A stretch of 64,000 nucleotides of DNA from Candidatus Heimdallarchaeota archaeon B3_Heim (GTDB lineage Archaea > Asgardarchaeota > Heimdallarchaeia > Hodarchaeales > Hodarchaeaceae). Below, piece by piece: positions 19,465 to 29,291 of this stretch. The stretch is from contig NJBF01000020.1 of NCBI GenBank assembly GCA_003144275.1, forward strand, positions 9,481 to 73,480. The letters run 5' to 3'. A program made the position numbers and the translations under genes. The notes below the pieces were generated by a model. It was not told where the DNA came from. It saw only the letters and a list, made by a program, of their open reading frames with translations, and did no database searches. How positions within the stretch are numbered: position 1 is the stretch's first letter; every line of letters starts with the position of its first letter.

Positions 19465-21555
19465 TCATGCCCAATAGGAATAAGCGACGTGATATTCGCT
19501 ATCACGACCAGCTACGAAGTTATTTAGATGGTCATTGTAGGCAAATGTATCAACATACCAAACTAACGGGATTTTATTCATTGCATGTGTCATGAGGTAA
19601 CCCGCATCTTCACATGCCTGAACGAATTGTGCATCAGCATCAGACCATTCTGGCACTGGATACGGATAATCGGCGGGTTCTTCGATCATATAGTCAACAT
19701 ATCCCCATCCGTCAGTAGCTTTCGCATATGCAATCTCATAATCGATGTTATACCAGCCATAATCAGCATATCCGTAATAAAGCCAGTAAACGAAGGTTTG
19801 ATAAGCTATGAAATCCCATGGAGTCTCGTAGTTACCACCATAACCTCCGACAGAGAAGTCGTAGGCTGGACCATTGAAGTTGACATCAGGTTGAGGGCCA
19901 GTGGTATTGTAGTCGTATCCTGCATCCATACCTTCACGAAGGGTATCTAAGTATTGACCAAATTCTTGTAGTTCGATTGTAACATAAATTCCAATCAGAG
20001 CAAGATCTTTTTGAATTGCGACAGCCCGTTTGGTACAGAAGTCACAGTTCATGGTTGTTAGTAAGAAGTGCCTTCCTTGTATTTGTTTCACACCATCAAT
20101 TGAAGTTTCATTTGCGTATGGACCAAAACCAAATCGGTTATCAGGTTCATTATCGAAATCGAGTGCTTCATAACCTGCAGCATCTAATAAATTTTCAGCT
20201 TCAGCAAGACCCTGGTCAAAATCGTAGTAATCAGATGAATCAATACTTGGGAATTTGTCTAGAATCCAATCGGGGAAGATGTCATCACGTTCATCGGCAA
20301 TTCCAAGATAAACATTTTCTACAATATTTGTTCGGTTAATTGCATGAGAAACGGCTTTTCTGAACCAATCTTGAGAAACTGGGAAGTTACCAAGTCCACC
20401 CCAGTAAGTAGGCCAATCACCTTGTAGGTTCAAATCTATACCAGCGCCTCCAAGAACAGCGATCTTATAGGCGTCAAATCCTTTTGTGTTAGTAATGCTG
20501 TCCAGTTCATCTTGACTGTTAAATCGACCAGTAGTTACATCTACGCCAGCAGTTTTTAATTCTGCTAATGCAACTGCCTTTTCCTTTACAGTTCGGAATT
20601 TAACCTGTTCAAATGCATCCTCAACTGCAGGGAAGGTAAATTGTTCATCATTACTTGCAGTAAAGGTTTGTCCCCATCCAAACCAGTCGTCGAATCTATC
20701 GAAAAGCACATAATCTTGTAAGGCCGTTTCTTTGAACTTATATGGGCCACAAGATACTGGAGCTTCTCTGAAGGCTTCCATTTTTGCCTGACAAACCTCA
20801 GTCGTGTCAGTGTAGGTTCCTTGAATATTGTAGGGTACAAGCATTAAGAAATTCCACTTACCTTGGATATCAAAGACAAACATAGGATCAGGGAAATAAC
20901 CATCTGAGAATGTAACTACAAGGCCATCACCGTTAGGATCGGTAGCGGGGTAGCTAACATTATATCCAGAGTCTAGCCATTCAAGTTCAGAATATGACAT
21001 ATTGTCGTAGTCATAATAAGCCATATAATTGGCAATCATACTGTATCTGACGGTTTTGGCGTCAAGTACAGATCCATCGTGGAATTTTGCACCTTCACGA
21101 AGAGTAAAGGTCCATTCATCTCCAGCTTCGTTAACCGTAAAGCTCGTAGCCATTCCAGGCATTGTGACAATAGTTTCACCTGGAGCCATCATACCAAGGT
21201 ATCCTTGGTATTGGTAAGCTACGTGTGCGTCATAAGCAGAGTTATGAGAACGGTAACGATTATCAAGGTGTAATATATCTTCTTCGATTTGAACTACAAG
21301 CATATCATGTGCTGCAGATTCTCCAACACATCCACTAAGGATAGATATTGCGAATATTCCTATCAAAGCAAATGTTACACGGTATTTTCCATTCATTATT
21401 AATTCTCCATAAACACAACGCTCTTGAACAGCTCTATTTGTAGAAGATTGGGAGTGATTGATTTTAATTACTTCGCTCATTCTCTGAGGGACAGAATTCA
21501 ATGGATCAGTGGAATCATTAAAAGAGCATGTAGAGTTTCGTGCAAATCCAACCAT
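19465..21555 (-). CDS. ABC transporter substrate-binding protein, family 5 (OppA/DppA-like)
   Basis: 696 aa with an N-terminal TM/lipobox-like Cys region (ILSGCVGES). Size and position at the head of the permease/ATPase operon. Confidence 0.7.
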   Translation of the reverse strand: MVGFARNSTCSFNDSTDPLNSVPQRMSEVIKINHSQSSTNRAVQERCVYGELIMNGKYRVTFALIGIFAISILSGCVGESAAHDMLVVQIEEDILHLDNRYRSHNSAYDAHVAYQYQGYLGMMAPGETIVTMPGMATSFTVNEAGDEWTFTLREGAKFHDGSVLDAKTVRYSMIANYMAYYDYDNMSYSELEWLDSGYNVSYPATDPNGDGLVVTFSDGYFPDPMFVFDIQGKWNFLMLVPYNIQGTYTDTTEVCQAKMEAFREAPVSCGPYKFKETALQDYVLFDRFDDWFGWGQTFTASNDEQFTFPAVEDAFEQVKFRTVKEKAVALAELKTAGVDVTTGRFNSQDELDSITNTKGFDAYKIAVLGGAGIDLNLQGDWPTYWGGLGNFPVSQDWFRKAVSHAINRTNIVENVYLGIADERDDIFPDWILDKFPSIDSSDYYDFDQGLAEAENLLDAAGYEALDFDNEPDNRFGFGPYANETSIDGVKQIQGRHFLLTTMNCDFCTKRAVAIQKDLALIGIYVTIELQEFGQYLDTLREGMDAGYDYNTTGPQPDVNFNGPAYDFSVGGYGGNYETPWDFIAYQTFVYWLYYGYADYGWYNIDYEIAYAKATDGWGYVDYMIEEPADYPYPVPEWSDADAQFVQACEDAGYLMTHAMNKIPLVWYVDTFAYNDHLNNFVAGRDSEYHVAYSYWA

Positions 21556-21770
21556 CAGGAGATTATATATAAATATACCGAACGGTGCTATTGGATCAAT
21601 CCACTTGGGGAATAGATTTTTCTCCTTCTAGTATAAAGATAAAAAAGAGAATGCAATTTAAACAAATCTTTTGTAGCAGTATCAGTCTATTTCAAAGGTC
21701 TGTAACTAGATTTTACTTAAAATGTCTCTAATTCATTTTTCCAAGTGTACTTGGAGATATTTTTTTTTTT

Positions 21771-22328
21771 TTGAAGAAAACCAAGATATGTAACAATCAG
21801 AAACCATTTATTTCAACCATTTTTCAATCAGTTCTTGACCGACTTATGGTGAGTCAAGAAACTAAAAGCATCATGTTTAATGTTTTGCTTTCTGGAATAA
21901 TTTATGTGTTAATTTACACATCACTATTCTATTTCGTGTATCCAATTGATTTGACAGAAAGTTCGAATTATTTAGCGCGTATTTTAGGATCTGCGTTCTT
22001 CTTTGGAGCTTTTAGTGGTTTTTTTACAGGTTTATTTGCTGGTATCCGAGTCAATTATTTGAATTTAAAATCCCCCTTAAGCTCAGGATTGAAAGCAGGA
22101 TTAATTTCCGTAATTATTGGATCAATCCTTTTCCCCCCATTTGGTGCATTTGTACAGGTTAATATCTTTGGCGATAGACCAAGTGCATTTTTATTAAATC
22201 TCTCATACCTAACGAATCTATCCCTAGTAGGAGTCTGGCCTGGAGCATTTGTGGGAGTCATAACTGGGGCTCTCGGTGGTGTGTTATCTAGTGATATTGT
22301 ACAATTTCCAAAGGAATCCCAAAATTAG
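21771..22328 (+). CDS. Small membrane protein, Gly-zipper-like
   Basis: Four hydrophobic helices rich in G/A/F (GSAFFFGAFSGFFTGLFAGI). TTG start in the track; the real start is uncertain. Confidence 0.3.
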   Translation: MKKTKICNNQKPFISTIFQSVLDRLMVSQETKSIMFNVLLSGIIYVLIYTSLFYFVYPIDLTESSNYLARILGSAFFFGAFSGFFTGLFAGIRVNYLNLKSPLSSGLKAGLISVIIGSILFPPFGAFVQVNIFGDRPSAFLLNLSYLTNLSLVGVWPGAFVGVITGALGGVLSSDIVQFPKESQN

Positions 22329-22390
22329 ATGAAGCTCATTAAATTTCAAATCATTCTAGCTTAACAAAAAGTTATCTTGTAGGAAACCTA

Positions 22391-23437
22391 TTATTTATCT
22401 TTTTTATCAAAGACTTTTGAACAAATTTTATTAATTTCTAAACGAGAAGGAGGTTCTCTCATTCCTCCCTCTCGTGTACGATGAAGGAGAGTTAAATAAG
22501 CACAATTTAGAATATCTTCATTAGTAACTGCGATTCTGCCTTCAAAAGCTGCTTTTGCGCGACTAGAACGAGCTAGGACAATATCACTTCTGAATCCATC
22601 AACCTTTAAATTCATACATATAGTAGAGATATATTTTTTATTATTTTCACTCAGTTGAACTGATGGTAGGAGTTTACGAGCATTATCAATTCTTTCCTGA
22701 ATTTCATCATCCATCTCTCGATATTTTTGTAGCTGTCCGTTGGCCTTTTCCAATACCAAATTTAATTCGATTACCCGTATTCTCTCTTGAATGTCTTGAA
22801 CATTCCCTGCTTCTGCGTATAAACTCAATCTGTCTAATAATTGAGGTCTTAAATCTCCCTCTTCAGGATTCATTGTCCCTACTAATATGAAATTACTGGG
22901 ATGTTGGATTGAAATGTTCTCCCGTTCAATGATATTCCACCCTGAAGCAGCACAATCTAGAATTGTATCAACTAAATGATCTGGGAGTAAATTTATTTCA
23001 TCGATATATAGAATGTCCTGATTCACATAAGCCAATATTCCAGGTGATAAAGCCTCGATTCCAGATTCGATTATCTTCTCAATATCTAATGAGCCAATAA
23101 CTCTATCCTCTGTTGCACCCAACGGTAAAGTGACAATTTTCATTTGTCTCCATGAATGGTCTAGTATAGAATTTTTTGTCATATATTCCTCCCTACAATC
23201 CTCACACATCATATTCGGGTTTTCTGGAGAGCACTGAAATGAGCATTTTCTTACACGAATTTGAGGTAAGACAGAATTCAGTGCTCTTACCAGAGTACTC
23301 TTACCTGTACCTTTAGGACCAGATATTAGCACTCCTCCAATTTTGGGGTCAATAATTGTGAGTATTAAGGCTAATTTAGGATCCGATAAACCGATTAGTG
23401 CTGAAAATGGAAGAATGAACTCGTTTGTGCTATTCAT
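22391..23437 (-). CDS. ChlI/BchI-type AAA+ ATPase (Mg-chelatase I-subunit family) with a Cys4 insert
   Basis: Walker A GPKGTGKST. ChlI signature TLPLGATEDRVIGSLDIEKIIESG. Walker B DILYIDEINLL. Cys cluster CSFQC-x8-CEDC at nt ~23195-23245. C-terminal helical lid with NEDILNCAYLTLLHR. Confidence 0.7.
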   Translation of the reverse strand: MNSTNEFILPFSALIGLSDPKLALILTIIDPKIGGVLISGPKGTGKSTLVRALNSVLPQIRVRKCSFQCSPENPNMMCEDCREEYMTKNSILDHSWRQMKIVTLPLGATEDRVIGSLDIEKIIESGIEALSPGILAYVNQDILYIDEINLLPDHLVDTILDCAASGWNIIERENISIQHPSNFILVGTMNPEEGDLRPQLLDRLSLYAEAGNVQDIQERIRVIELNLVLEKANGQLQKYREMDDEIQERIDNARKLLPSVQLSENNKKYISTICMNLKVDGFRSDIVLARSSRAKAAFEGRIAVTNEDILNCAYLTLLHRTREGGMREPPSRLEINKICSKVFDKKDK

Positions 23438-23644
23438 CGAATTTCACATTCAAGAAAATCATAGTTGTATAAAATAACTTCTGATAGATGCTATTATCAA
23501 ATGATAAAACTCAGTTTATATACCAAATATCAGAATTTACTCTTCGGGGATACATTGAAAAAAGCCTTCCTTTTCAGAATATTGCCACCTTGATTTGATC
23601 TAAGAAATAACCTATGTATCAAGAAAGGTCAAAATTATTCATAT

Positions 23645-23660
23645 ACAAAGTATAAAGAAA
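23645..23660 (+). promoter_or_regulatory. Archaeal BRE/TATA box for hutH; the transcript is probably leaderless
   Basis: CAAAGTATAAAGAAA is centred about 25-27 nt upstream of the ATG at 23679. There is no SD sequence in between. Confidence 0.35.
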
Positions 23661-23678
23661 TCTTATTAGTGATCGAGA

Positions 23679-25169
23679 ATGAATGAAAAGAATTTTGAGT
23701 TAACTGGGGAAAATCTCACCATAGATGAATTATATGAAATAATGAAACAAAATTTTGAAATTAAACTATCAGGAAGTGCTCAAGACAAAATAAATCGATC
23801 TGCTCAAATCGTCCAAGCTATTTTAGCTGATAAAAAAAGCATTTACGGAATTACTACTGGATTTGGCTATCTTCAGAAGGTTAATATATCCTTAAATGAC
23901 ACAAAGAAATTACAGGAGAATTTGATTATTAGTCATTCGGCAGGGGTCGGACCTGAATTATCCCATGATATAGTTAGAGGAATGATGGCGTTAAAAATTA
24001 ATAAATTTGCTCGTGGCCATTCTGGAATACGTTTAGCTGTAGTGGATTATCTATTAAAGCTATTAAATAATAATATCATTCCTTCAGTCCCTTCAAAAGG
24101 TAGCTTGGGCGCAAGTGGTGATTTAGCTCCTTTAGCTCATCTATCGTTGGTTTTATTAGGAAAAGGGCATGCTTATCATAACGGAAAGAAGATGACTGGT
24201 GAAGATGCCTTAAAACGTGTTAATTTGAAACCACTTGAACTTATTGCAAAAGAAGGATTAGCTCTACTCAATGGAACTCAAGCAATGACTTCTGTTGCCG
24301 CTTCATCCATTAAGAATGCATATTATCTAGTTAAAATTGCAAACATTGCTACAGCACTGAGTATGGAGATCCATGCGGGTAATTTAGACAGTTTACATCC
24401 TTTGATTCATCAAGCTCGGCCACACAGTGGGCAAATAGAAGCAGCTAGAATGATCTTAGGTTATTTAGAGGGAAGTAAGTGTACACAAAAATTAATTGGT
24501 AGACAAGATGCATACTCAATTCGTTGTGCCCCAGCGGTTCATGGAGCAGTGCACGACACAATCGATCACGCTAAACGAGTAACCGAAATTGAAATGAACG
24601 CATCTACGGACAACCCGTTATTGTTCTCTGTCGATCAAGTTTATAGTGGCGGTAATTTTCACGGAGAACCGATTGCTTTCATATTGGATTTCCTAGGAAT
24701 TGCTCTAACAGAATTAGGTAACATTTCAGAGAGAAGAATCGAGAGATTGTTGAATCCAACGTTAAGTAATCTACCTGCGTTTTTAACCTCTAATACTGGA
24801 CTTAATTCTGGACTTATGATTGCTCAATATACTGCTGTTGCATTAACCTCTGAAAACAGACAGTTATCTACACCAGCCTCTATTGATACTACCTCAGTGT
24901 CTGCAAATCAAGAAGATCATGTCAGTATGGGTATGAACGCGGCGAATAAACTCATAAAAATTATAGATAATCTGCAATATATTGTAGGTATCGAACTACT
25001 ATGCGCAGGTCAAGCGATTGATTTAGCCGATATTAAAGATAAACTTTCACCTCAATGTAAAGAAGTATTCAGAACTATTAGATCACATGTTTCTTATATG
25101 GACCAAGATCGCGAACTGGCTCCTGATATTGAACAGTGTGCTTCATTAATTAAAGAATTTAAATTATAG
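23679..25169 (+). CDS. hutH: Histidine ammonia-lyase
   Basis: MIO-forming ASG triad in GSLGASGDLAPLAHL. Aromatic ammonia-lyase family length (496 aa). Confidence 0.85.
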   Translation: MNEKNFELTGENLTIDELYEIMKQNFEIKLSGSAQDKINRSAQIVQAILADKKSIYGITTGFGYLQKVNISLNDTKKLQENLIISHSAGVGPELSHDIVRGMMALKINKFARGHSGIRLAVVDYLLKLLNNNIIPSVPSKGSLGASGDLAPLAHLSLVLLGKGHAYHNGKKMTGEDALKRVNLKPLELIAKEGLALLNGTQAMTSVAASSIKNAYYLVKIANIATALSMEIHAGNLDSLHPLIHQARPHSGQIEAARMILGYLEGSKCTQKLIGRQDAYSIRCAPAVHGAVHDTIDHAKRVTEIEMNASTDNPLLFSVDQVYSGGNFHGEPIAFILDFLGIALTELGNISERRIERLLNPTLSNLPAFLTSNTGLNSGLMIAQYTAVALTSENRQLSTPASIDTTSVSANQEDHVSMGMNAANKLIKIIDNLQYIVGIELLCAGQAIDLADIKDKLSPQCKEVFRTIRSHVSYMDQDRELAPDIEQCASLIKEFKL

Positions 25170-26351
25170 ATTATCTTTGAAGTAATTGTAAAAACCCAAG
25201 AGAGCGTAAATGGCTGTTCCTTTCCAAAGAACTGACTCATCTACATTAAATTTCGGATGATGGTGAGGAAAATCTATGCCCTTCTCCTTATTCTGAATCC
25301 CTAGGGTAATGAAAGCGCCTTTTGCCACTTGAAGATAAAATGAAAAATCCTCTCCTACCATAGTTTGCTCCATATTTTTAATTTGGCCAACAGGTTGAAG
25401 AAGTGGTCTGATATTGTCAACAATCTTAGCATCGTTTATAACTGCAGGATAAGCCATAGGATCGAACTCTACTATTCCTTTACATCTCCAAGCAGCACAA
25501 TAACCCTCCACAATCTGTTCAATCCGCTGAATTAAATATCTCCTGACTTCAGGATTCATTGTTCTGAGAGTTCCACGAATGATTGCCTGATTGGGGATAA
25601 TATTATGGGCATCACTGGCCATTAGGACTGGAAGAGATAATACAATTTGTTCAAAAGGATCTACTTCACGGGGAATGAGTTTTTGTAATGCATTGTAGAT
25701 ATCAACTAAGACACTTGTAGGATCAATTGTTTGCTGGGGAGCCGCGGCATGACCCCCTTTCCCAATAATTTTAATCTCAAATCGATCAGATGAGGCAAAA
25801 ACAGGCCCTTTGCGAATTCCGATTATACCTGAAGGCAATGGAATCCAAACATGAAGTCCAAATATTGTATCAACATCTTTAAGGTGATCTTCTTCGACAA
25901 TTTTTTTCGCTCCCCCACCTCCCTCTTCTGCAGGTTGAAAGAAGAATTTAACGATTCCAGAAAGTTGCTCACGATATTTATTTATCAGTTTAGCAGCACC
26001 CAGCAAGCAAGCTGTGTGTGCATCATGACCACAAGCATGCATTTTGCCTTCTATCTGACTCATATAATCTGTTATATTTTCTTCACGGATATTCAGAGCA
26101 TCTATATCAGCTCGTAATGCTGTTGTATTTCCTTTCGATGACCCTTCAATAACGGCAAGAACTCCTGTTCCAGCAATACGTTGTGATTGTAAGCCTATCT
26201 TTCTTAATTCGCTTTCGATAAATTTTGCCGTATTTTCTTCTTCATATAGAGTTTCTGGATGCATATGGATATATTGGCGAGTTTTTATGATATATGATTC
26301 AAGTTCCTTTGCCTCTTGAATGATCTTTTGCGTTAGTTCTTCCTTATCCAT
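25164..26351 (-). CDS. M20D family amidohydrolase (N-acyl-amino-acid amidohydrolase / hippuricase-like)
   Basis: Metal-binding HACGHDAHTA motif. M20 fold, 395 aa. Convergent with hutH, overlapping it by 6 nt. Confidence 0.7.
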   Translation of the reverse strand: MDKEELTQKIIQEAKELESYIIKTRQYIHMHPETLYEEENTAKFIESELRKIGLQSQRIAGTGVLAVIEGSSKGNTTALRADIDALNIREENITDYMSQIEGKMHACGHDAHTACLLGAAKLINKYREQLSGIVKFFFQPAEEGGGGAKKIVEEDHLKDVDTIFGLHVWIPLPSGIIGIRKGPVFASSDRFEIKIIGKGGHAAAPQQTIDPTSVLVDIYNALQKLIPREVDPFEQIVLSLPVLMASDAHNIIPNQAIIRGTLRTMNPEVRRYLIQRIEQIVEGYCAAWRCKGIVEFDPMAYPAVINDAKIVDNIRPLLQPVGQIKNMEQTMVGEDFSFYLQVAKGAFITLGIQNKEKGIDFPHHHPKFNVDESVLWKGTAIYALLGFYNYFKDNL

Positions 26352-26581
26352 GATTCATACTCACCTGATTCTTTTCTAATGACTAATCTTATCGTTTAGA
26401 GAAGATTTTAATGCCTTAATGACATTTTCTCTTCTAGAAAATCTGTGATGGTAATTTTAAAAATGAAATCAGACCTCAAACAGAAAAACCAACCTCTACT
26501 GATAATTTTATTTGAACAATTCAGTGGTCACAAAACTTAAACAATTCAGAAAAAACCATTATGCAATAAGAAATTTTTTGA

Positions 26582-27925
26582 GTGGATAGAATAATGGATT
26601 TACCAAAAGCTCTTGAGCTAATAGAAGAAAAAGAGGTTAAAGAACTAGCTTTACAATTCACTGATTTATCAGGAATATTACACACACTCTGGGTACCTAC
26701 TCAAGCTATATCTCAGATAATGAAAGATGGGATTCATACTGATGGTTCCTCGCTAAGTAAAATGGTAGATGTAAGTAAGAGTGATGTTAAATTAGTTCCT
26801 GATTTGAACAGTTTTGTGATTTTCCCTCCTCAATTATTTGATTATAATGTCGCACGAGTAGTTTGCGACATTTATGAGCCCGATTCAAACGTACCATTTA
26901 GTTTAGACCCAAGATATATACTAAGAAAAGTTCTTACCTCTCTCCAAGATCAATTAGGTCCAAAAGTAATAGGAATTGCCTCTAGTGAAATAGAATTTTT
27001 CCTGTTTGAAGAAGGGGAAGATCAACATCTTCAACTCATTGACAACGCAGGCTACTTAGCCTCACCTCCTAAAGATCGTGGAACGCAGCTACGTCATAAT
27101 ATCACTGAAGCGTTAAGAAATATTGGGATTATTATAGAGAAGCATCACCATGAAGTTCCCGCAGGCAAAAGTGAGTTTAACGTTCCATATTCCGAAGCCC
27201 TACAAATGGTAGATACAATATATTTAATCAAGTTCATTACTAAGCTGATGGCGAACCGATTTGGGTTCATTGCTTCATTTATGCCAAAACCCTTTCATGG
27301 AGAATATGGTGCTGGACTTCATACTCATATTAATCTTCGAGATCAAGAAAAAGAGCTAAATTTATTTTCCAATTCAAGTGAAAACACAAAATTAAGCCCA
27401 TTAGCCCGAAATTTCCTAGCGGGAATATTAATCCATGCGAAAGGCCTTGCATTATTAACAAATCCATCTGTTAATTCATATAAACGGCTTGTACCAGGCT
27501 GGGAAGCCCCTGTATACATATCTTGGGCTAACTATAATCGATCAACTCTTATCAGAATTCCCCCTGGTAGTAAAAAAGCGGCTCGTTTGGAATATCGTCC
27601 CACTGATGGATCATGCAATTTTTATCTCGCTTACGCAGGACTATTTTCATCTGGTTTGAATGGGGTTAAATTACAGTTGAAGCCCCCTACTCCAGTTGAA
27701 GAGAATATTTATGACATGTCTACAGACGAACGTAAAAAAAGGGGAATTAAAGTGCTTCCGGGAAATCTTGGAGAAGCAATTTTCGAATTTTCAAAGGATA
27801 GATTTTTTGAAGATGTCCTTGGCTCGAAATTTGTTCAAAAATACGTTACACTAAAAATGAGTGAATGGAAGGAATTTAGTGTTTATGTTCATAAATGGGA
27901 AAGAGACAGATATATCGATGTTTAA
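26582..27925 (+). CDS. Glutamine synthetase family protein (GlnA-like, type I fold)
   Basis: Beta-grasp N-domain with DGSS. Catalytic-domain motifs KPFHGEYGAGLHTHINL and RIPPGSKKAARLEYRPTDGSCNFYLAYAGL. Confidence 0.65.
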   Translation: MDRIMDLPKALELIEEKEVKELALQFTDLSGILHTLWVPTQAISQIMKDGIHTDGSSLSKMVDVSKSDVKLVPDLNSFVIFPPQLFDYNVARVVCDIYEPDSNVPFSLDPRYILRKVLTSLQDQLGPKVIGIASSEIEFFLFEEGEDQHLQLIDNAGYLASPPKDRGTQLRHNITEALRNIGIIIEKHHHEVPAGKSEFNVPYSEALQMVDTIYLIKFITKLMANRFGFIASFMPKPFHGEYGAGLHTHINLRDQEKELNLFSNSSENTKLSPLARNFLAGILIHAKGLALLTNPSVNSYKRLVPGWEAPVYISWANYNRSTLIRIPPGSKKAARLEYRPTDGSCNFYLAYAGLFSSGLNGVKLQLKPPTPVEENIYDMSTDERKKRGIKVLPGNLGEAIFEFSKDRFFEDVLGSKFVQKYVTLKMSEWKEFSVYVHKWERDRYIDV

Positions 27926-27947
27926 AATACTACCAGTGGGAATATAA

Positions 27948-29234
27948 ATGGTAATACAAGCAGACTTTGTCATAATTAATGCAAATGAACTAGTGACATT
28001 AGCTGGTTCAAGCGAAACTCCTCGTACTAAAGAAAAGATGAAAGACCTTGGTATTGTGAATAATGGAGCGGTAGCTGTTAAAGATGGAAAAATAGTTGCT
28101 GTAGGCAAAACAAATGAAGTATTAAGGCAACTAGATACAGGATATGAAGTTATTGATGCCACAAATAAACTAGTAACACCAGGATTGATAGATCCTCATG
28201 TTCATTTAGTTTTTGCAGGAACCAGAGAAGACGAATTAGAAAAAATGGCTGTATTAGGAATCTCATATTTAGAAATAAAAGAACAGGGAGGAGGAATGAA
28301 TAAGTCCCTCAAATTGACATCTGAGACCAGTTTTGAGGATCAGATCAGAATAACCTCCAAAATATTGGATAAAATGCTCATTCACGGGACAACAACGATT
28401 GAAGCTAAAAGCGGATATGAAATGACTTTCCATGGTGAGATTAAACAACTGGAAATAATTAAATCACTTAACGAATCCCATCCACTGGATCTAGTTCCCA
28501 CTTTTCTTGCTCAAGGTATCCCACCAGAATATGAGGATAATTCTGATTTATTAGTGAGTGAAATTGCCGAAAAATGGATTCCTGAGATCGCAAAAAGAAA
28601 TCTAGCAGAATATGCAGATGTTTTTTGTGAAAAAGGGTATTATAATCTTGAACAAACTCGTAGAATCCTACTCTCTGCTCGAAAACATGGCTTGAAACTA
28701 CGGAATCATTGTGATTGGTTGGCTCATAGCGGAGGTACTCGCTTATCTGCTGAAATAGGGGATATCGTATCCGTCGATCATTTAATTTGGACTCCTCTAG
28801 AAGAAGTAGATGCCCTTCAAGGACAAAAGACGATAATTGTATTTTTACCAACATCCCCGTTTTGTTATGTGAATAAATACGCACCTGCGCGCGAAATAAT
28901 CGATCGTGGAATGCCTGTTGCTTTAGCAACAGACGTGAGTGCGGCAAACATGTGCGAATCTATGCAAATGATGATGACGCTTGCAGTACTTCGTATGGAG
29001 ATGACTGCAGCTGAAGCCCTAACTGCTTCGACTATAAATGCAGCCCATTCAATAAATCGAGCTCATGAAATTGGTTCATTAGAAGTAGGAAAAAAAGCAG
29101 ATATCGTCCTTTTTGATGCTCCTAATCATCGATTCTTTGCATATAATTACGGAATTAACCTTGTTGAGAAAGTTCTCAAAGATGGGAATTTGGTGGTTGT
29201 TAGAGGAAGAAGAACTGATTCAGATATATCATAA
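27948..29234 (+). CDS. hutI: Imidazolonepropionase
   Basis: Amidohydrolase-fold metal-binding motifs GLIDPHVHLVFAG, ...HCDW... and ...ATDVS.... 428 aa. Sits 22 bp downstream of the GS-like gene. Confidence 0.75.
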   Translation: MVIQADFVIINANELVTLAGSSETPRTKEKMKDLGIVNNGAVAVKDGKIVAVGKTNEVLRQLDTGYEVIDATNKLVTPGLIDPHVHLVFAGTREDELEKMAVLGISYLEIKEQGGGMNKSLKLTSETSFEDQIRITSKILDKMLIHGTTTIEAKSGYEMTFHGEIKQLEIIKSLNESHPLDLVPTFLAQGIPPEYEDNSDLLVSEIAEKWIPEIAKRNLAEYADVFCEKGYYNLEQTRRILLSARKHGLKLRNHCDWLAHSGGTRLSAEIGDIVSVDHLIWTPLEEVDALQGQKTIIVFLPTSPFCYVNKYAPAREIIDRGMPVALATDVSAANMCESMQMMMTLAVLRMEMTAAEALTASTINAAHSINRAHEIGSLEVGKKADIVLFDAPNHRFFAYNYGINLVEKVLKDGNLVVVRGRRTDSDIS

Positions 29235-29257
29235 GAGGTAAGAAAGATACAAAAAAG

Positions 29258-29280
29258 AATTTCTCCCTTTTTTCTTATCA
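29258..29280 (+). terminator. T-tract terminator candidate after hutI
   Basis: TTCTCCCTTTTTTCTT lies directly after the hutI stop. Confidence 0.3.
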
Positions 29281-29291
29281 ATAGTATCCTC

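Noticed and set aside
21758-21772. T13 run, considered as a transcription terminator
   Set aside because: It sits between divergent gene starts, the oppA-like 5' end and the 21771 ORF. No gene on either strand terminates into it. It is more likely a T-rich promoter spacer.
26582-27925. GS-like gene as a direct replacement for HutF/HutG
   Set aside because: All catalytic motifs match an ordinary ATP-dependent glutamine synthetase. Hydrolysis of formiminoglutamate does not need an ATP-dependent ligase. Its placement in the cluster may simply couple ammonia assimilation to histidine catabolism.
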